Below the pieces are notes generated by a model that was not told the DNA's origin, did not search any database, and worked only from the letters and a program-made list of their open reading frames with translations. From contig JAWXAY010000075.1 of NCBI GenBank assembly GCA_034439715.1, positions 1,040 to 65,039 of the forward strand: a stretch of DNA of 64,000 bases, in the 5' to 3' direction. Within the stretch, counting starts at the first letter, position 1. The number at the start of each line of letters is the position of its first letter. Positions 59,249 through 64,000 of the stretch are shown here, in pieces. This DNA comes from Pseudomonadota bacterium (lineage in GTDB: Bacteria > Bdellovibrionota > Bdellovibrionia > Bdellovibrionales > SG-bin7). Both the position numbers and the translations under genes were made by a program.

Positions 59249-61498
59249 TTAGGGAAGCGCCAAATTTACCACGATAGACTTGATTGGTCCGCCGACTTCA
59301 ACAAGTGGGCTTCCAGAATATGGCTGGTGCGCCACTTTGCCTGAGCCAAAATCAAAGAGGCGATTGATTTGCAAGGTTAGCGGAAATTTAGAGTCAACTT
59401 TGAGTCGGTAATTGTCATCGCTTAATCTTTGAATAGATAACCTTCGAATTAAATTCCCCTTATAAGTGAAATTTTTAAGAATCATTGGCGTCTTTGGATC
59501 AATCACCAAATTCCATTCAAGATAACCACTCACTATTTTTTCAGACGAAGTACCGGTTAGAAAACGCGGAAAACTGCCAATGTGAGATTGAGTTGATTGG
59601 CTAAGGTGCACTAGCCATGGCTTCGGATCCTGTCCCAAATAAGCGGGAACTGGTCTGAGACCAATCAAGTGGCGCGGAAGGCTATAAGTAAAAGGTGTTT
59701 TGCCCCAACCGGTAAAGTCTGAACGTGTGGTGTGATTGGGTTGTTCGCCGACAATGGGTTGCTTTCGGCCATCAACAGTGCGCTCACCATAAAATTCATA
59801 AACCGTTTTGTCAGAGACTTCTGCCATACTGGAAGTGAAGTTGCGGGTGATCACAAAAGCTAAATCAGGTCGCCCGCTATTTTCTAATCCTTGCGCCAAA
59901 ATAACAAAGCTCGGAGGCCAGCGGCCGCCGCGCCAATATTGTCCAACACCAGAGTAGAGCGGATGTGATGACGACAAGCTTGCAGCTGGAAACTTCCCGC
60001 CAAATTTACCTTCAACTAATTGCATATCAGCAAAACGTTGAACTTGGTGGCTATCAGCGGCGGCAGCTAAAAATGGCCAGAAGCCAGCTTGAGTAGCAGT
60101 AGAAGTGTCTCGCTTGGTGCCGCCCTTACCGTCAGATATTAAATCAAAATAAAAACCTTGATTTTCGTCCCAGTAGCGATGGTTGAGAAGATCTTTAAGT
60201 ACATTGGATTTAGACCAAGCGTTTTGAGCTTCGGACCATTCACCTCGTAGCGCATGAATTTCGCCGATGTCTTTGTACACCATCATTTGTTGCGCTAGTA
60301 AATCAACCCAACCCACGATATTATTGCGGGGAGCATTGTCAGCGCCGCTACCAAGATTCGAAGTCCAGTAACCAATTAACTTTCCGTCTGGATCAACGAC
60401 AGAACGAGTGAGTTCAATCCACGCTGCATAATCGGTAAGTGACTTAAGAGAACGTGAGAGGCGTGGCGCTCCTTGGTTAGGATCAGAAAGCGCGAATAGA
60501 TATCTCTCAACCCAGCCCGTGAAGTTGGGATTTGCGAACTCATCATTTTCGCGCTCCTTGCCGAACTTTACATCGGTAGGTCGATGATAAGAAATTAAAT
60601 TGGAATGACGAACCTCACGTGGAATAGAGCCATTCTTCATCTTTATTTGTGTGCCGTAGTGAAAGTCGAGTGTAGCTGCGCTGAGTGGCAAGTGGTGTAG
60701 GCCAGAGCTGAGGCTAACAAATTGGTTATCCCAAAAAAATCCGTTACCGTTAAAAGCAGCGTCGTTTTGTACACGAAGCTCGTTGGCGGCGGCAGTACTG
60801 ATGAGGTGGTTATTTGGGTTAAAAAGTTGAAATCCGGTCATGTTACCGGCGTCATCCATTTTTGCCACGACTTTCAGGTTAACTCCGAATTCGGCGGCAG
60901 CTAGGCGAGTATTTGGAGTCGCTTGATCTGTTAAAATCCAAACCAACTTTCTGTAACCAAGTTTGGTAGTAGTCTCAACTAAACTTGCCATCTTGGCAGC
61001 ATTGCGTGTTAAGAGCGGAAATTTTACAGCAAAGGGACGCTGCTCAGAGAATGCAACAAAACTCGAAGCGTCGACCATTTGGCTTTTATAACTTTCGAGT
61101 AAAACGGGAAGGGTTTCGTGAATGATCTTGCCGGTCTGATCGCGGAATTGTACAACGGCATCATGTTGTTCACCGCTACGCGCGAACTGAAGTCGCGCTG
61201 TAGTTTGCCCCTCTGGCAGATCTTGGCCTTCAACGCCGTCTTGAATAATTCGCACAATCAATTTTTTTGGATTCAATCTGGCTTGAAGGGAGGTAGCTAT
61301 AGCCGTCCAATCCAGGTCAATCCGCGCATTAGTCTTGTCGATTTTGAACTCCGGGAAGAGGGCCTTTTGATACTCTCGCTGGTTTTGATTTACGTCAAAA
61401 AACAGATCCGAACATTTTGACCCCATTGACTGCGTCGCAGTCGCACAAGCGCTGCCAGATAAAAATAAAATAAAAGGTATGGCCAGAATTTTGCTCAT
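59249..61498 (-). CDS. Secreted (alpha/alpha)6 glycoside hydrolase, GH63/MGH1-trehalase-like, with unknown N-terminal domain
   Basis: FFWD, SGADNAPR, WDENQGFYFD, GFWPF, YWRGGRWP, YEFY, DFTGW. Confidence 0.8.
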   Translation of the reverse strand: MSKILAIPFILFLSGSACATATQSMGSKCSDLFFDVNQNQREYQKALFPEFKIDKTNARIDLDWTAIATSLQARLNPKKLIVRIIQDGVEGQDLPEGQTTARLQFARSGEQHDAVVQFRDQTGKIIHETLPVLLESYKSQMVDASSFVAFSEQRPFAVKFPLLTRNAAKMASLVETTTKLGYRKLVWILTDQATPNTRLAAAEFGVNLKVVAKMDDAGNMTGFQLFNPNNHLISTAAANELRVQNDAAFNGNGFFWDNQFVSLSSGLHHLPLSAATLDFHYGTQIKMKNGSIPREVRHSNLISYHRPTDVKFGKERENDEFANPNFTGWVERYLFALSDPNQGAPRLSRSLKSLTDYAAWIELTRSVVDPDGKLIGYWTSNLGSGADNAPRNNIVGWVDLLAQQMMVYKDIGEIHALRGEWSEAQNAWSKSNVLKDLLNHRYWDENQGFYFDLISDGKGGTKRDTSTATQAGFWPFLAAAADSHQVQRFADMQLVEGKFGGKFPAASLSSSHPLYSGVGQYWRGGRWPPSFVILAQGLENSGRPDLAFVITRNFTSSMAEVSDKTVYEFYGERTVDGRKQPIVGEQPNHTTRSDFTGWGKTPFTYSLPRHLIGLRPVPAYLGQDPKPWLVHLSQSTQSHIGSFPRFLTGTSSEKIVSGYLEWNLVIDPKTPMILKNFTYKGNLIRRLSIQRLSDDNYRLKVDSKFPLTLQINRLFDFGSGKVAHQPYSGSPLVEVGGPIKSIVVNLALP

Positions 61499-61510
61499 TA
61501 CCTTTAGATT

Positions 61511-61526
61511 AGCAAAGTACGGACCG
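61511..61526 (-). promoter_or_regulatory. Putative sigma-54 promoter of the glycoside hydrolase gene
   Basis: Minus strand CGGTCCGTACTTTGCT (GG-N10-GC with TTGCT). Confidence 0.5.
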
Positions 61527-61566
61527 AGATAACTAGCTGAATTCTTGACATACCTTAGGAGATACT

Positions 61567-62940
61567 GTGCCCAAAAGTGTTATAAAAGTGGCGTCTTTTG
61601 GCATTGGTATATTTTTTGCCCTGAATGCCCAGGCGGGAGTGATGGAAGATAAATCTGTGACATTTGATCAGCGCGCCAATGCCGCTAAAAATACCTACGG
61701 CCTTGTGGGAAGCTCTGACGATGCTCCCATTTGGAATGGTGTTTATGTAGCTTCACAAGCACATCGATTCAGAGTAACTCACGATCCTCAGGCGCTTAGA
61801 CAAATGGAAGACGCGCTCTATGGATTAGTAACTCTCCATGATGTGACCAATATACCAGGGTTTTTCGGGAGAAAGATTGAGCCATTAATAATTGGGCTTA
61901 ATGGCGCACCTGTGCTCCAAGACGGTTATCAAGTCGGTCATGGAGTTTGGAGTAAATATGCCTGGAAGGGTAAAATTTCTCACGATCAGGTTGTCGGTTA
62001 TCTTTATGGTTTGGGTGAGGCCTGGCCCTATATTCAAAACTCCGATTTAAAGACTAAAGTAAGAAATGTAGCCACTCAGATTGGTCAGCATTTTATTGAT
62101 CACAAAGAAAAAATCCAGGGTCCGGGCACTGATCTTGATTTTTCGCCGGCGCGAATAAAAATCGACTTTCTTCCTGAAGCACTTTCATTTTTGACTGATG
62201 CCATTTTACCTCGAGGAGGCAAGGCGATGTACGCTTTGCAACTGTTAAAAGTTGTGTCGGTAATAACGAACAATTCGCTGTTTATTTCGTATTATAAAAA
62301 ATTGCTAGATGATAAAAATTATGGCGCCCTGATTAGGGATTACACTCAAGGGTTTACGGAGAAAATTGTCGAAGACAATATCGGTGCGATCGATTTTTTT
62401 GCACGATTTCAGGCGGGATTTGTGGTGCGTGCCACACCGGATTCGTTAAGAGCCGACATTGCGCAGAATTTAAGCCATCTTGCGCTTTACTCATTGAGTA
62501 GCTTAGAAACAGACATCAGTTATCGCAAAGACTTCGTAGAAGCGCTCAAACGAAGTCATTTTTATGTCGCCCGACATTCCAACACTTTTTGGAATTTTTT
62601 GGCGGTCTCTCAAATAGAAAATGATCCACAAGGCATTATTGAGGGGAAAAACTCATTATCGGTTTTTCCGATGGATAATTATGGCCTTCGAAGCAATAGC
62701 GGAGATAACAGCATTCCTAAATACAAGGGGCTTTCGCCTAACTTTTTTAAAGGCGCCAACTGGAAATGGTATTCCAAATTGCCGCTGCCATTTGAAAGAC
62801 GTCCTATGCACTCCTTTGCATGGCAACAAAATGCCTTTGAAATGGATGGGGCCTACGGTAGTCACGATTGCCCAGGGGTAGCCTATTTAGCCGCTTATTG
62901 GATGGGCCGTGCCTACGGTTATATTGGACCTCACGAATAG
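61567..62940 (+). CDS. Secreted uncharacterised alpha-helical toroid protein
   Basis: SD AGGAG; signal ending AQA; DDAPIWNGVY, WKGKISHDQ, YLAAYWMGR motifs. Confidence 0.7.
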   Translation: MPKSVIKVASFGIGIFFALNAQAGVMEDKSVTFDQRANAAKNTYGLVGSSDDAPIWNGVYVASQAHRFRVTHDPQALRQMEDALYGLVTLHDVTNIPGFFGRKIEPLIIGLNGAPVLQDGYQVGHGVWSKYAWKGKISHDQVVGYLYGLGEAWPYIQNSDLKTKVRNVATQIGQHFIDHKEKIQGPGTDLDFSPARIKIDFLPEALSFLTDAILPRGGKAMYALQLLKVVSVITNNSLFISYYKKLLDDKNYGALIRDYTQGFTEKIVEDNIGAIDFFARFQAGFVVRATPDSLRADIAQNLSHLALYSLSSLETDISYRKDFVEALKRSHFYVARHSNTFWNFLAVSQIENDPQGIIEGKNSLSVFPMDNYGLRSNSGDNSIPKYKGLSPNFFKGANWKWYSKLPLPFERRPMHSFAWQQNAFEMDGAYGSHDCPGVAYLAAYWMGRAYGYIGPHE

Positions 62941-63082
62941 AATTTTGAGGTCTCTATTGACGAACAGGGTCTAGGTGCATTAATATTATACTTGATGATG
63001 CTTAATTTTCCTTCGAAAAATGATATCTATAATATCCAAAAAAATCCAACCATGATCAACTTTTAATGCCCACGGCTTTGTA

Positions 63083-64000
63083 ATGGCTAAGATTAAGATC
63101 CATCTGCCCGACAATTCTATTCGTGAATTTGACCAGGAACCTACTATCCTGGAGGTAGCCCTCAATATTGGCGCTCGACTGGCGAAGGATACCGTTGGCG
63201 CTTTTATAAATGATGAAAAAGAGATTCAGGATTTTCGTCAAAAGCTAAAAGACGGTAGCCGCATTAAAATTGTGACTTTGAATTCTATTGAAGGGCGGGA
63301 AGTCATTCGTCACTCAGCCGCTCATGTGATGGCTCAGGCCGTACAAGAGTTATGGCCAGATATCAAAGTAACTATTGGCCCCGTGATTGATAATGGATTT
63401 TATTATGACTTTGATACCCCACGGCCATTTACTCCCGATGTATTAGAGAAAATTGAAAAGCAAATGCAAGAAGTGATTAACCGCGATCTTGAGATTGTGC
63501 GTGAAGAATGGACCTCTGAAAAAGCGATCGCGCTTTTTACTAAAATGGGTGAAAAATTTAAAGTGGAAATCATTCGCGACCTTAATGTGCCCAGCGTTTC
63601 GTTATACCGGCAAGGCGACTGGCTTGATCTTTGTCGCGGTCCTCATTTGCAAAAAACTAGTCAGATTAAAGCATTTAAGATCCTTTCCATTGCTTCGGCA
63701 TATTGGCGAGGGGACGAAAAGCGGGAGAGCCTGCAACGAGTTTATGCGACGGCCTTTGAAAGCAAGCCAGAACTCGAGCGACACTTACATAATCTGGAAG
63801 AAGCTAAAAAACGAGATCACCGAAAGTTGGGTAAAGAGTTAGGCCTAATTTTTTTTCATCCCTTTTCGCCCGGTGGCGCTTTTTTTACCGGTAAGGGCAC
63901 CATTATTTTTAATCAATTGCAAAATTACATGCGTGAACTTTATAAAGAATATGGCTACCAAGAGGTTATTACACCTCAACTCTTTGACGTCGAAATGTAT
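63083..64000 (+). CDS. thrS: Threonyl-tRNA synthetase, 5' part (runs off the window; absent from the ORF track)
   Basis: Manual translation from ATG 63083: MAKIKIHLPDNS (TGS), RHSAAHVMAQA, IGPVIDNGFYYD, DLCRGPH, AYWRGD, RDHRKLG. Confidence 0.96.
   Translation, partial: MAKIKIHLPDNSIREFDQEPTILEVALNIGARLAKDTVGAFINDEKEIQDFRQKLKDGSRIKIVTLNSIEGREVIRHSAAHVMAQAVQELWPDIKVTIGPVIDNGFYYDFDTPRPFTPDVLEKIEKQMQEVINRDLEIVREEWTSEKAIALFTKMGEKFKVEIIRDLNVPSVSLYRQGDWLDLCRGPHLQKTSQIKAFKILSIASAYWRGDEKRESLQRVYATAFESKPELERHLHNLEEAKKRDHRKLGKELGLIFFHPFSPGGAFFTGKGTIIFNQLQNYMRELYKEYGYQEVITPQLFDVEMY

Noticed and set aside
63066-63088. tRNA-Thr anticodon mimic (TTTGTAA) at the thrS start, as in the E. coli thrS operator
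   Set aside because: Flanks do not form a proper anticodon stem; a single 7-mer is not sufficient.
63489-63842. 117-aa ORF and neighbouring short ORFs at the window end
   Set aside because: Out-of-frame overlaps of thrS, which the ORF track missed because it has no stop codon in the window.
1-64000. CRISPR array, tRNA, rRNA, prophage or intact IS
   Set aside because: No spaced direct repeats, cloverleafs, rRNA-like tracts, phage genes or terminal inverted repeats were seen by eye; intergenic gaps are short.

Overview
64 kb of a gene-dense, moderately AT-rich bacterial chromosome. Gene content points to Bdellovibrionota (inference): a TIGR02147-type protein, a 'YQNC' lipoprotein, spd-type EF-G, a complete gspC-N operon and alternative complex III with System II cytochrome c maturation. 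Housekeeping blocks: topA-prc-2-oxoacid dehydrogenase E1 alpha/beta; fusA-CNNM-cutA; recQ-aat; ssb; T2SS (30071-43237); hutG-resB-ccsA-actABCDEF (46760-58183); 5' part of thrS. The standout is a tightly coupled 10-gene minus-strand cluster (19984-27124) that looks like an uncharacterised RiPP pathway. It encodes an HPr-kinase-like kinase, a PqqD/RRE, a radical SAM enzyme with a degenerate SPASM domain, a 62-aa precursor (KKPYSSPKV leader, two Cys-Asn motifs, C-terminal Ser), an S26 peptidase, an NTP_transf_5 nucleotidyltransferase, an ABC-2 exporter, a methyltransferase and a GT4 glycosyltransferase, with no lasso cyclase. Next to it are a Cys-flanked (I/L)PD-repeat secreted micropeptide and an internally shortened REP-associated HUH transposase. 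No rRNA, tRNA or CRISPR array was recognised. All calls come from motif recognition by eye; no searches were run.
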